From Octopus vulgaris (lineage: Eukaryota), in the NCBI GenBank assembly GCA_951406725.2, contig OX597831.1, forward strand, positions 75,144,001 to 75,208,000: a DNA stretch of 64,000 nt, given 5' to 3'. Made by a program: the position numbers and the translations under genes. This document shows positions 38,052 through 49,342 of the stretch, piece by piece (the stretch's first letter is position 1; every line of letters begins with the position of its first letter). A model generated the notes under the pieces. It was not told where the DNA came from and made no database searches. It saw nothing but the letters and a program-made list of their open reading frames with translations.

Positions 38052-38232
38052 TTGATACACTCCAAATGGCTAAGTTGTACAATACAGAGATCCACATCAT
38101 CGGCTTTATCCAGAATATTCCACAAAATCTCCACTGTGCGAAGTAAAGGGTGTCCACCTGTGTCGTTGGGTGTGATCTGTGAGCAAAGGGTATAGGGCAG
38201 GTTTCCTTCCAGCATCTGATCACAGCAAGGCG
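38052..38232 (-). CDS. CFAP69: CFAP69 exon 5: PCCDQMLEGNLPYTLCSQ...LLRTVEILWNILDKADD...QLSHLECI
   Basis: tttcag acceptor, GTGAGT donor; 181 nt, phase 1 to 2. Confidence 0.9.
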
Positions 38233-38319
38233 CTGAAAATAAGCAGCAGAGAAATTATAAGGGAAGAGTAGAAAATTACTATTTTTAAATCTCACAACGA
38301 GAGACATTCAGCAACAGTA

Positions 38320-38705
38320 CTTTGTAGTAAAGATTGTTTGCCAACATAACATGGCAGTCCTGGTTTAGGACGAATGTTACTGTAATTTAGCCCCAGGAGA
38401 CATCGTCTCCAGTTGGCTATATGACACGACCTGTGTCCTTATATTTTCAAACAAGGCAATCTAGTACCCCACCCAGCTCAAAACAATTATTCTGTGCTGA
38501 TGAAGGGAAATAACCCAGAAATCGTGATACACAGATATTGTTTTGAGCTGAGTGAGGGTGCTAGATTCCCTTGTTCAAAAATGTAAAGACACAGATTGTG
38601 TCGTATAGCCAACTGGAGACGATGTCTCCTGAGGCTAAATTACAGCAACAATAGTCCTAAACCAGGACTGCCATGTTATGTTGGCAAACAATCTTTACTA
38701 TAAAG
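38320..38705. repeat. Fold-back element with ~170-bp arms and a hammerhead core at the apex
   Basis: Arms 38320-38487 / 38537-38705 are reverse complements with scattered mismatches. Confidence 0.9.
38491..38535 (+). ncRNA. Type-I hammerhead-like ribozyme whose stem I continues as the long hairpin
   Basis: TCTGTG-CTGATGA-AGGG(AAATAA)CCCA-GAAATCGTGATA-CACAGA; A.A mismatch at the base of stem II. Confidence 0.6.
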
Positions 38706-39227
38706 GAAGACAGCTTAGATATTCTTTTCTACTCTAGGCAGAAGGCTCGAAATTTTGTGGGAGGAGGCCAGTCAATTAGATCGACCCCAGTATGCAACTG
38801 GTACTTAATTTATTGACCCCAAAAGGATGAAAGGCAAAGTCGACCTCAGCAGAATTTGAACTCAGAAAGGAAAAAACAGACGAAATACCACTAAGCATTT
38901 CACCCAGCATGCTAACATTTCTGCCAGCTCACCGCCTTCAGTTAGATGAAATATTGTAAAACAGAGGTTATCAGTTGATTTTTTGTGGAGCTGTGGTGCA
39001 TTGGAAGTTAAAATATTGATGGTGTGGTTTGCATGAGAAGTTAAAATCATTGGAGTACTCGGCATGGGGAGATGAGAGTCAGATCAAAATACTGGGTCTG
39101 ATGATCCATCAGATGGCTTTGGGAAGCCGTATTTTTAACACAAAAGTCTCTTTGGGATGTTTCTCAGAGACAGACTATTATAGCCAGTGCTGTTCCATGT
39201 GTGTAAAACATCTTATAAATGTGTATA

Positions 39228-39630
39228 GGCGCAGGAGTGGCTGTGTGGTAAGTAGCTTGCTTACCAACCACATGGTTCTGGGTTCAGTCCCACTGCGTGG
39301 CATCTTGGGCAAGTGTCTTCTGCTATAGCCCCGGACCGACCAATGCCTTGTGAGTGGATTTGGTGGACGGAAACTGAAAGAAGCCTGTCGTATATATGTA
39401 TATATATATATATATGTGTGTGTGGTTGTGTGTCTGTGTTTGTCCCCCTAGCATTGCTTGACAATCGATGCTGGTGTGTTTATGTCCCCATCACTTAGCG
39501 GTTCAGCAAAAGAGACCAATAGAATAAGTACTGAGCTTACAAAGAATAAGTCCCGGAGTCAATTTGCTCGACTAAAGGCGGTGCTCCAGCATGGCCACAG
39601 TCAAATGACTGAAACAAGTAAAGAGAGTAA
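39228..39630 (+). mobile_element. SINE family A copy
   Basis: Near-identical to 7369-7780. Confidence 0.9.
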
Positions 39631-40161
39631 CACAGGTATTCTAATCTATTGCAGCTTTTTCAAGTGCGGCTAGGTCCTATGCATGTTCAGCTTTTCCAAC
39701 ATTCTAAACGACCTGGGAGGGCTTGTACCCTCTGTTGCAGCCATTAAGTAGATGACTAGATTTGTGACGGATACTAGAGTGGTTTCCTATTGTCTTCTCC
39801 AGGCAGGTGGGATTTGAACTTAGAATGTAGAAAGCTGGAAGATATACTGTAAAACATTTCTCCTGGAAATCAAAAACCTCTGATTTAATTTTCACCTGAC
39901 TAGCTTTTGTACAAATCAGTAAATGTTAAGTTTACTGATTTCTATAACAGAACAAACATTTTCAGCTTAGCTCAGAATATCTGCAATATTCATCACTGAA
40001 GGGACCAAATCATTTCAAAACACTGTGTCTGGTAGTCCACCAGTGTTCTGAGAAAAGCCCTTGTTTATTTGACACAAAAGAGCTTCAACAAGTTTCTCTC
40101 AAACAAAATATTATGGCTACTACAGTTTCACATTTCTATGCTCTATTCTGGGTTTTTCATC

Positions 40162-40550
40162 CGGTGCAGGAGTGGCTGTATGGTAAATAGCTTGCTTACT
40201 AACCACATGGTTCTGGGTTCAGTCCCACTGTGTGGCACCTTGGACAAGTGTCTTCTACTATAGCCTCGAGCCAACCAAAGCCTTGTGAGTGGATTTGGTA
40301 GACGGAAACTGAAAGAAGCCCATTGTATATATGTATATATATATGTGTGTGTGTGTTTATTTGTCTGTGTTTGTCCCCTCACCATCGCTTGACAACTGAT
40401 GCTGGTGTGTTTACGTCCCCGTAACTTAGCGGTTCAGCAAAAGAGACTGATGGAATAAGTACTAGGCTTACAAAGAATAAGACCTAGGCTCAACTAAAGG
40501 CAGTGCTCCAGCATGGCCACAGTCAAATGACTGAAACAAGTAAAAGAGTA
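40162..40550 (+). mobile_element. SINE family A copy
   Basis: Near-identical to 7369-7780. Confidence 0.9.
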
Positions 40551-40715
40551 GCTACAATGATGAGTGTTTCAGTTGATTCAATCAACAGAACAGTCTACTC
40601 ATGAAGGTAACATAGTTCTCAGGTAATTACACCAAATATAACGAGGCTGACCCATTGAAATACAGGTGCTCTTTATTTTTGCCAGCTGAGTGAAATGGAG
40701 CAACATAAAATAAGG

Positions 40716-40866
40716 TACATTATTTACATTATTTACATTTGACAGATATTTGTCCTCATCTTGTTTGTTGTTAACACAACGTTTCGGCTGATATACCCTC
40801 CAGCCTTCATCAGGTGTCTTGGGCAAATTTCGAAATCCGAATTCTCATTCCTAAGGTATTTTTCGA

Positions 40867-40900
<34 letters not shown>

Positions 40901-41260
40901 ATTATTATTATTCATGTCACTGCCTGGAATCGAACTCAGAATCTTGGGGTTAGTAGCCCATGCTCTTAATCACTACGCCATATGCCCATGGGCATATGGC
41001 GTAGTGATTAAGAGCATGGGCTACTAACCCCAAGATTCCAAGTTCAATTCCAGGCAGTGACATGAATAATAATAATAATATCAAAAAATACCTTAGGAAT
41101 GAGAACCCAGATTCGAAATTTCCCCAAGACACCTGATGAAGGCTGGAGGGTATATCAGCTGAAATGTTGTGTTAACAACAAACAAGATGAGGACAAATAT
41201 CCATCAAATGTAAATTATGTAAATAATTTACATAATTCCTCGTCTTTTAAATATAAAACT
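40716..41260. mobile_element. Head-to-head palindromic dimer of a tRNA-headed, hammerhead-bearing SINE, inserted in another SINE
   Basis: Loop-less centre TATGCCCA|TGGGCATA at 40988/40989; 11-bp TSD ATAAAATAAGG (40705-40715, 41261-41271); the host SINE resumes after the TSD. Confidence 0.85.
40773..40818 (-). ncRNA. Minimal type-I hammerhead ribozyme (partner copy on + at 41128-41173)
   Basis: Minus strand: GACAC-CTGATGA-A-GGCTG(10 nt)CAGCC-GAAACGTT-GTGTT; palindromic stem III ACGU. Confidence 0.7.
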
Positions 41261-41728
41261 ATAAAATAAGGCGCCTTGCTCAAGGACATAAACTGCCGGG
41301 GATTGAAATCCTGACCTTACAATCATGAGCCGAATACACTAACCACTAAGGCATGTGCCTTCACATATTCTTTATAAATGTATATATAATACATGGGTAT
41401 TTTAAAGGTCATTTTTGTGGGATGACGTCAGCAGCTGGGGAGCTGACCGGAACTTGGGGCTGACCGGAAGGGGCAGGAGGGACACGCGTGCAGGTAGGGC
41501 AGGATTCTGCCTTTTCAATCGAGGTCACCGAGCGAGTAAGACGGGACAGCATGTTCTTAAGGTAAGGGCGAAGCAGCTGCTATTTCTAGTGTTCGGGTTG
41601 GGCTGTGTTGAAGGATCCATTACTGCTGAAGGGTCTCCATCTGAGCGAAGAGAAGGTAGGTGCCTTTATTTCGAATCTCTCGCATACACCACAAGCTATT
41701 TCGGCTCTCCATATAAGACGTCACCACG

Positions 41729-42490
41729 ATGGCAGCGAAAATTAGGATCGCCAGCAACATTATCAGACCCTTTAATGGTGAAGGCGATGTAGTAGCCTGG
41801 ATTCGTAAAATCAGGCTGGTGGCAAGACTGCAAGGTATAAGCGATGTGGCAAGTCTTATGGCGCTGTATTTGGAAGGGAGTGCGTTGATGCTATACCTTG
41901 AGATGGACGAGGAAGAACGTCTGAGCGAGGAAAAGATAGAGCAACGTCTGCGGGATGCTTACACCGAGTGTGAGTATACAGCTTTTGCTAAGCTGGGTAC
42001 GATTAGATGGACGGGAGGACAGGTGGACGAATACGCGGCAGAAGTTCGAAGGTTAGCAACGCTGGCTGGGTTTACAGAAGGGCTGGAGAGAGCAGCGCGA
42101 CTGGCATTCGTAAATGGGTTCCCCGACGATGTAGGGATTCACCTACAAAAATTGCCTGGGAATAAAAAGATGGTGCTGAGCGAACTTGTGACTCAAGCCC
42201 GCGTGTTGACGCGACACGCTGGGCGGAAGGCGACAGCGATGGCAGTGACGGAGGTGCGTAAAGATGGCCGACGGCTGGAGAAAGACGTTCAGAAGCCTGC
42301 CGTGCAACGACGGCGGCCATTCTCAGGTCGGTGTTTTAGATGTCAGGGGTCGCACATGGCGAGGGAGTGTACACTACCGGGACCCGTTTCCTATCGATGC
42401 AGGCAGGCAGGGCACATCGCCCGTGATTGCGACCAGGGTAACGACCGTGGGGAAGTTGCTGCATCTCAAACTTTCCCTGCAAACGATTAG
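41729..42490 (+). CDS. gag: Retrotransposon Gag with CCHC zinc knuckles
   Basis: 253-aa ORF; PFNGEGDVVAW N-terminus; CFRCQGSHMAREC and a degenerate YRCRQAGHIARDC. Confidence 0.85.
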   Translation: MAAKIRIASNIIRPFNGEGDVVAWIRKIRLVARLQGISDVASLMALYLEGSALMLYLEMDEEERLSEEKIEQRLRDAYTECEYTAFAKLGTIRWTGGQVDEYAAEVRRLATLAGFTEGLERAARLAFVNGFPDDVGIHLQKLPGNKKMVLSELVTQARVLTRHAGRKATAMAVTEVRKDGRRLEKDVQKPAVQRRRPFSGRCFRCQGSHMARECTLPGPVSYRCRQAGHIARDCDQGNDRGEVAASQTFPAND

Positions 42491-42498
42491 AGGCGATT

Positions 42499-43050
42499 TT
42501 GGAGAAGCTGCCATTAATTGATGTCGAGGCCGAGGGGAAGACGTTCGAGGCCCTCGTAGATACGGGCTGCACGACGACACTTGTGACTTCAAGGGTGATG
42601 AAGAAATGGAATGGGGCAAGTAGCGTCCGGGTGGTCGACGGCAGCAAAATCCATTGCAAAGGCAGCAGCAAGGTAGAGATAGTGGTGCGAGGCACAACGC
42701 TAAGGCTGCAGGTAATTGTGGCTGAATGCGTGGTGATGGGGATGGACGCCATCAACCACCTCAGTGGCGTCAGTATTGTGGGAGATGAGGTCACATTCGG
42801 AAGTGTGGGGGCGTCGTGCTCTGCAAGTCAGGATCGCCAGAGAGAGCAGAGCCCCGCGAAGGACTGCGCTGCTTACACCATCGAGGACAAAGACTTTCAG
42901 GCGGCGTTCGATGGTCAGCGGTGGACGATAGAGTGGCGATGGAAGGACAAGTCCCCGAAGCTGAAAAACAGAGTGAGCTGCTACCAGCATACCCTGAAAG
43001 GCCACGCCAGGGTCGTGTTTGAAGACGAGGTGGAGACGTTTCAGCAGTAA
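42499..43050 (+). pseudogene. Retroviral-type aspartic protease and start of pol, truncated
   Basis: ALVDTGC active site and VMGMD; in the -1 frame to gag; ends at the inversion junction. Confidence 0.85.
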
Positions 43051-43587
43051 TGGATCCTTCAACACAGCCTGACCCGAACACTAGAAATAGCAGCTGCTTC
43101 ACCCTTACCTTAACAACGCGCTGTCCCGTCTTACTCACTCGGAGACCTCAATCGAAAAGGCAGAATCCTGCCCTACCAGCGCGCGTCCCTCCTACTCATT
43201 AGAGCAACATGAAACAAAGTGTTTTGCTGCTGACTAGTCTGGGGATTGAACCCACAATCTAATCATTGTGAATGCAACACACTAACCACTAATTTATATT
43301 CTTAAAAATCAGCAACACACCTACAAATTCATTCTATGTAACCATTTGAGGACCAGTGGTGTAGAGAAAACTGTGGTGGTGGTCAGGTGAAAGAAGTGGC
43401 ACAAACAGCCAGGTCATGAGTTCACGTCTCACTACAGACACTGTCACACTGAATCGGTGTTCTTGTTTAGTTTACATGTTAACATTGATTAAGCAAATCT
43501 AAGATTAAAGACTGTACCAATTCCACAGATTTCTCTGGAACTCTACCATCCACTGTAAATATTGATTTAATAAAAAAAATTAAATCA

Positions 43588-43865
43588 ATATTTTGTTGTG
43601 TCTGAAGAAGGTAATTCTGTTTAAATACCTTATTGATTAACACACTCACCAGCTTGATTTCCACTCATTTACTTATTTATTTTTTGGTTTATCATCTCAA
43701 ACATAAAGAACGCAGCTCCAATAATGGGCAGAGTCAACAACTATCGAAGAAGCTGCAAGAAGCAATGAAAATTTTAGAAAAATAATAAATGAGTGGAAAT
43801 TGAACCAGTGAGTGTGTTAATAAGATATTAAAACAGAATGACCCTCCCTAGACACAACAAAATAT
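43588..43865. repeat. Old inverted repeat (~90-bp arms) with a decayed hammerhead-like remnant
   Basis: 43588-43681 vs 43778-43865; GTGT-CTGAAGA-AGGTA..TACCT but no GAAA. Confidence 0.6.
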
Positions 43866-43971
43866 GCTTCAACACACCAACTCACATAAAGAATCTTGCA
43901 AACCAAATACAAAAACTAAGGGAATCAATGTTCCTGTCTATAATTTCAAAATAATTTCCAAAATTTCTTAC

Positions 43972-44053
43972 CAGAATGATGTGAATATTTTTGCAGCACT
44001 TTCAATAGCAGCAGCTTATAATTCTGGTTGGATCCATCTTCCAACTGATAGCA
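43972..44053 (-). CDS. CFAP69: CFAP69 exon 4: CYQLEDGSNQNYKLLLLKVLQKYSHHS
   Basis: ttccag acceptor, GTAAG donor; 82 nt, phase 0 to 1; LKVLQ motif. Confidence 0.8.
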
Positions 44054-44429
44054 CTGGAATATGAAGAGAAAGTAAGGATTATTTTCCTAATCAGGTATAA
44101 TTCTTTCATTTGACTCACCCTCTCAACTGTTCACTGTAAAGCACAGCCTGGGTCACAAAGGACGGGGACAGCATTCAATCTGTTTATATTCAAACCCTTA
44201 TTTTACTGCTCTCCCATCATGATGCCTGTGCAACGAGGGGACAACATTCAATCTGTTTATATTTAATCCTCCTTATTACTCGACCCCTCACCTGCCATGA
44301 CACCCATGAAAAGAGGGATTGCACCAGATGAATCTATACTTCACACACACACACACTACATTCACCCTTCTGTTCTGATAGCCATCATTCCCCACCCCCT
44401 TCTCCAGGGCACTCATTACAGACATCTAT

Positions 44430-44463
<34 letters not shown>

Positions 44464-44640
44464 CCATTACCCATCTCTATTACCATCCATCACTCTCTCT
44501 TTCACACAAGCAAACATATAGCTGCCATTTCTGTTTCCCTTCTTTTGCCCCTCCTCAACCAGCATTTTATCCCAATCCTTCCTTTCTGCCATCATCCTCT
44601 CTTTTCTTTCACTCTTTTGCCCTGATTCTTCTATCATCCT

Positions 44641-44681
<41 letters not shown>

Positions 44682-46093
44682 CCTCTCTCTCCCTCTCTCT
44701 CTCTCTCTCTCCCCCTCTCTCTCCCTCTCTCTCTCTCTTCTGCCAGACCATTTGGTCACATTACCTTGAACAAACAAAGAAAAACCAGAGCAGTGAAGAA
44801 GCTTTATCTTTTAAAGTAAACTAGCACTATGAACCGGCGTTGCTGGGTCATAGTGCTTGTGCATGCATATACAGCTGGGTGCATGCACACATACACGTGA
44901 GTACTGTCCAAATCTCCGACCAATCACATACAGCTAGCTGGCATTCAATTGGCGTATCAAGTTTCGGGCATTTTGATTGGATTTTGGATAGAAAATTCAC
45001 AAAAAAGTCACTTCTATTGATTTTTTAATGGCTTTGCAGGGTGACTGGGGAAATGTAAAGATGTGTATGACCACCCTTGGACGGTTTTCAATGACCATAG
45101 AAAATTCGAGCCCTCTAACTAAAAGATTGTGGATTTGTATAAAGGACATACAGACAGACATTTTGCCATTTATATATATAGAGATGCCAATCTCATTATC
45201 ATCATTGTTCACCATCTGTTTTCCAGGCTGGCATGGTTGGACAGGTTGATAAGTTCCTGCACTGAGCCCTTATGTCAGCTTTGGTTTGATTTCTATAGCT
45301 GGATGCCCTTCCAAATGCCAATCCCCTTACAGTGTGTTCCAGGCACTTTTTCTGTGTCACCAGAACTAGTCGGGTCATCAAGTCAGTTGTAGAACATAAA
45401 AGAACTGAAAAAGGTAAAATGTCCCCACAACCGGGGGGGGGGGTTTAGGATGGAGAGTATTAGCAAGAGGAGTGTAGCTTTATACCAGGGGCTGAGAATC
45501 TGAAAATTTGACAGAGAGAGACAGGCATATGTATCATGCTTTCACAGCTACCCAACATTATATAAGGGTTATTAGTATATATCTCCTAATATAATAATGA
45601 GTGCAATGTTTTTATATATTTGTGTGTGTATGTATGTATGTATGTATATATATATATATATATATATAGGCGCAGGAGTGGCTGTGTGGTAAGTAGCTTG
45701 TTTACCAACCACATGGTTCTGGTTAGGTATCCCAAACATTTTGAAAAGAAAATCCTTCTCTGTTAAAATAATTAATTACATTATCCAAACTAACCAATTA
45801 GGGGACTGCTACCATAATTACATTATCCAAAGTAACCACTCAGCACACTGATTTTTAAAAATTTAGCAGCAAAGTCCTATGCAGTAGTCTTTTAATGTTT
45901 CGTAACCATTTTGCCATGCTAACCTGGTTTGCCAGTTCCTGTCACACTATCCAACCCATGCCAGCAGGGAAAGCAAACTTCAAATGTCAATGTTCAAAAT
46001 CTTTACCCCATGGTAGGTCCTCGACACTCTGCACTCGGGGTTTTATACAGTTCTGTCTTTGGAAACAAGAACACAAGAGAACGGTTTGCTTAC

Positions 46094-46167
46094 CTTCACA
46101 ATCGTTAACATCATGTCACTAAGATCGATCAGTTTTACAAGATATTCTTTACTACACGGTTGGTATT
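46094..46167 (-). CDS. CFAP69: CFAP69 exon 3: KYQPCSKEYLVKLIDLSDMMLTIVK
   Basis: cacag acceptor, GTAAG donor; 74 nt, phase 1 to 0. Confidence 0.8.
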
Positions 46168-48923
46168 CTGTGAGGAATTAAGACAACAGAAAGAATATCA
46201 GAAATAAATAAAAGTTGACTTTTAAAAGTGAAATTCACCTACAAAGAAAGGATTTTTTTTGGTTGCTGTCACAGATTTGGAAATTTTAAAATTAAGTGAA
46301 AAATTTTCAAATTTGGTATGTTGATGGAATTTTTCACACTGAACCTGAATTTGGGATTTGTTTATTCCAGAAAAAGATTCAGAAATACATTACAGAGCTT
46401 CAAGTCTGATCATTTTTAACCAATCAGAAAGCAAGGAATCAAAAGCTGGCATGTACAGCATCCTTGTTACAATGAAAACAGGGCAGATAACAGCTTCGAT
46501 CGTTACTATGGAAACAGACACCAATGTGAGATTTACAGTCGTGAATAATGGTAGCTTTTGGTTGGCTAAAATTACCCCAAATTTGAAAACTTTAAAAGCT
46601 ATTAAATTTTTTTATTTATAAACTCATGGCAAAAATGAATTTCGTTTTCATAATTAGCATACAAGACTAAATCAGTATAACCCAATTAAAAAAGCATTGG
46701 AACGAAATTGGGGAAAAAAACTGAATCTTACAGCAACCAAAGAGATTCAACAAATCATACAACACAACCAGGTGAGTTCCCAAAACCCTTATTTTCCCAA
46801 ACCTGTTCATAGTCTCAGATCATGAGATTAGATATGAAAGCAAAATCACTAGACATGGCAAAACTGTCTTCTTTCACTCTTTCCTCCTCGCTTCCTCTGT
46901 CATCTCTCTCTCTCTCCCCTACTAATCCTTTTGGTTACACTGCATCAAAGACAAAAAATAGTTGAGAAGACCCTTTAGTCTTGTGAGGTACATGGTAAGC
47001 TCTTTAGTACTGATTCCGTAATGAAAAACTCCCAATTATCCAAAATGCCATGCAAATTATCGCAGAAGAACAATCTTTACAATGGAATCTGCCAAGAGCC
47101 ACACTTGACCAAAAGTTATAACAGCTGGTTAACAAAATAATAATAATTCTTTCTACTAAAGGCACAAGGCCAGCAATTTTGAGGGGAGGGTTTTGTTGAC
47201 CCCCAGATTTTGTTAAATACTTTATTTTATTGACCCTCTATTTTTTCTTTTTTTTTTGTTGTTGTAGGGAAAGTAGAAGTAATTAACTAAAGTAGAATTA
47301 ATTAACTAAACTACAGTAATTGACTGGTATTTTAAGACCCTATCTTCAGAAAAATGACAATCGAAATCAAGGGACTTGAATTAATAACCATGTTGAATAT
47401 GTTGAAGTTCAGTTCATAAAATATTTTCTTGTGAAGAAACAGCAATTTTTGTTTATTCTTCAAATGCAAACAGCAACAACATTTTCAATTAATAATATCA
47501 AATTTATATCATTTTGGTAGCAATAGAAAATATTTTCATTATAATTTTAATGTCCACTCATCCATGCTTCCAATGGATCCGACAGAATTCACTGAGGCAG
47601 ATTTTCAATAGTTGGATGCCCTCCCTGTCACCAACCTTCAACTGCTTCCAAGTAAGGTAATACATCCCCATAATCAGACAGGATTATATGGAAGATTGGA
47701 AACAAACACTACTGATGCACGTCTACAGCTATCAGGCAATGCGAAGACAGGAGGAACACACACACACACACAAGATGGGTTTCTCAGCTTCCATCAACCA
47801 AATTCACTCACAAAGCTTTGGTTGGTCCAGCGCTATAGAAGACACTTGTCCAAGGGACCACACAGTGGGATTGACCCCAGAACCACGTGGTTAGGAGGCT
47901 GACTTGTTAACCACCCAACATCTTCATGGCATAAAAAATTAGAAAATGATTAAAGGGATACTCTTTACTCTTTTTTACTTGTTTCAGTCATTTGACTGCA
48001 GCCATGCTGGAGCACCGCCTTTCAGTCGAGTAACTCGACCCCGGGACTTATTCTTTTTGTAAGCCCAGTACTTATTCTATCGGTCTCTTTTTGCCAAACC
48101 GCTAAGTGACGGGGACATAAACACACCAGCATCGGTTGTCAAGCAATGCTAGGGGAACAAACACACACACACAAACACACATACATACATACATATATAT
48201 ATATATATACATATATACGACAGGCTTCTTTCAGTTTCCGTCTACCAAATCCACTCACAAGGCATTGGTCGGCCCGGGGCTATAGCAGAAGACACTTGCC
48301 CAAGGTGCCACAGGAAATTTTTTTAAATACAATTTAAATCTTTAGAAAATCCAAACTAATCCGAGTGATTTTAACTTAGTGTTAGGATTATTTTGTTAGG
48401 CACAAATATGATTGATGAAATCAGGTAAACAATAAATTTCTTCGGTGCCAATGTACGAGATTCTTAGCCCTTGAGTCACTCTGTAAGTTTTGCTGATTGT
48501 TAATAACACACACACACACACACACACGTTTTGATTTCTATTTTGTTTGCATCACCAAACCTTTTCATTTTTTACCCCCTTAAATTTTCAACTTAGGTTT
48601 TCTTTTTTAAATTTCCCATGAGAAGTTCGTCAATAATTTTTTGCCTGTGTATGCGAAATGTGTCAATAAAATCTGTGGTTTAATCTCCAGAGCACCGCGA
48701 AGTCGAAAACATTGACAACTGTAAATTCTTCAACCAAATTATTTTATTAATTCGATGTTGTTTAAGACTATCAGTGCCAGAGTTATTCCCCTTAGATCAA
48801 CAATCCAAGTCGCAGCTCAGTTATCCAACTTTGAAATTGTTCAGAGTGAATGAATTTTTATTTCAATTACGTCGGCCGAAAATACAGCTTAAAGTTGCTG
48901 GGAAACTGAAATATCAATTACAG

Positions 48924-49017
48924 TGAAATAATTGTATACAGTGCTCAAGTGCACCACAACTTTATACGCATTTTTGACAAGTTGTGGTGCACCTAAGCAC
49001 TGTATACAATAATTTCA
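48924..49017. repeat. Short hairpin, MITE-like palindrome
   Basis: TGAAATAATTGTATACAGTGCTCAAGTGCACCACAACT / AGTTGTGGTGCACCTAAGCACTGTATACAATAATTTCA. Confidence 0.75.
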
Positions 49018-49049
49018 TTATTATTATTCAATATATATATATATATATA

Positions 49050-49342
49050 TCACCGTGATCACCGTGACCGACCAGGCTATCAGATGTTGTTACACATCGC
49101 TGGTCACAATGCGCTTCGCATTGTTTTAGCCTTCAAATGACGCCACCCGGCTGGCTAAGCGAGCAGGCCAACAGAAGAAAGAGTGAGAGAAAGTTGTGGC
49201 GAAAGAGTACAGCAGGGATCACCACCATCCCCTGCCGGAGCCTCGTGGAGCTTTAGGTGTTTTCGCTCAATAAACACTCACAACGCCCGGTCTGGGAATT
49301 GAAACCGCGATCCTACGACCGCGAGTTCGCTGCCCTAATCAC
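49050..49342 (-). mobile_element. tRNA-headed SINE family C (older relatives at ~920-1160(+) and ~12040-12150(-))
   Basis: Minus strand GGCGCAATGGCCTAGTG A-box, GGTTTCAATTCCC B-box, TCACGGTGA tandem tail; between (TA)n tracts. Confidence 0.75.

Larger units (their letters stand above)
41416..43195 (+). mobile_element. Ty3/gypsy-type LTR retrotransposon 5' part: 5' LTR (41416-41693), gag, protease, then an inverted LTR fragment (~43035-43195)
   Basis: 278-bp TG..CA LTR, roughly 90% identical by eye to 37406-37683; RT and RNase H absent. Confidence 0.9.

Noticed and set aside
39895-39990. Candidate for the missing CFAP69 exon between 46094 and 38232
   Set aside because: No convincing open frame of the right phase or similarity; 43972-44053 fits phase and motif.
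40990-41061. tRNA-like cloverleaf as a real tRNA gene (also 49270-49342 and the heads of SINE families A and B)
   Set aside because: The acceptor stem pairs poorly and each is fused to a SINE body; treated as Pol III promoter heads.
43598-43645. CTGAAGA plus stem as an active hammerhead
   Set aside because: The GAAA half of the core is missing; at most a relic.
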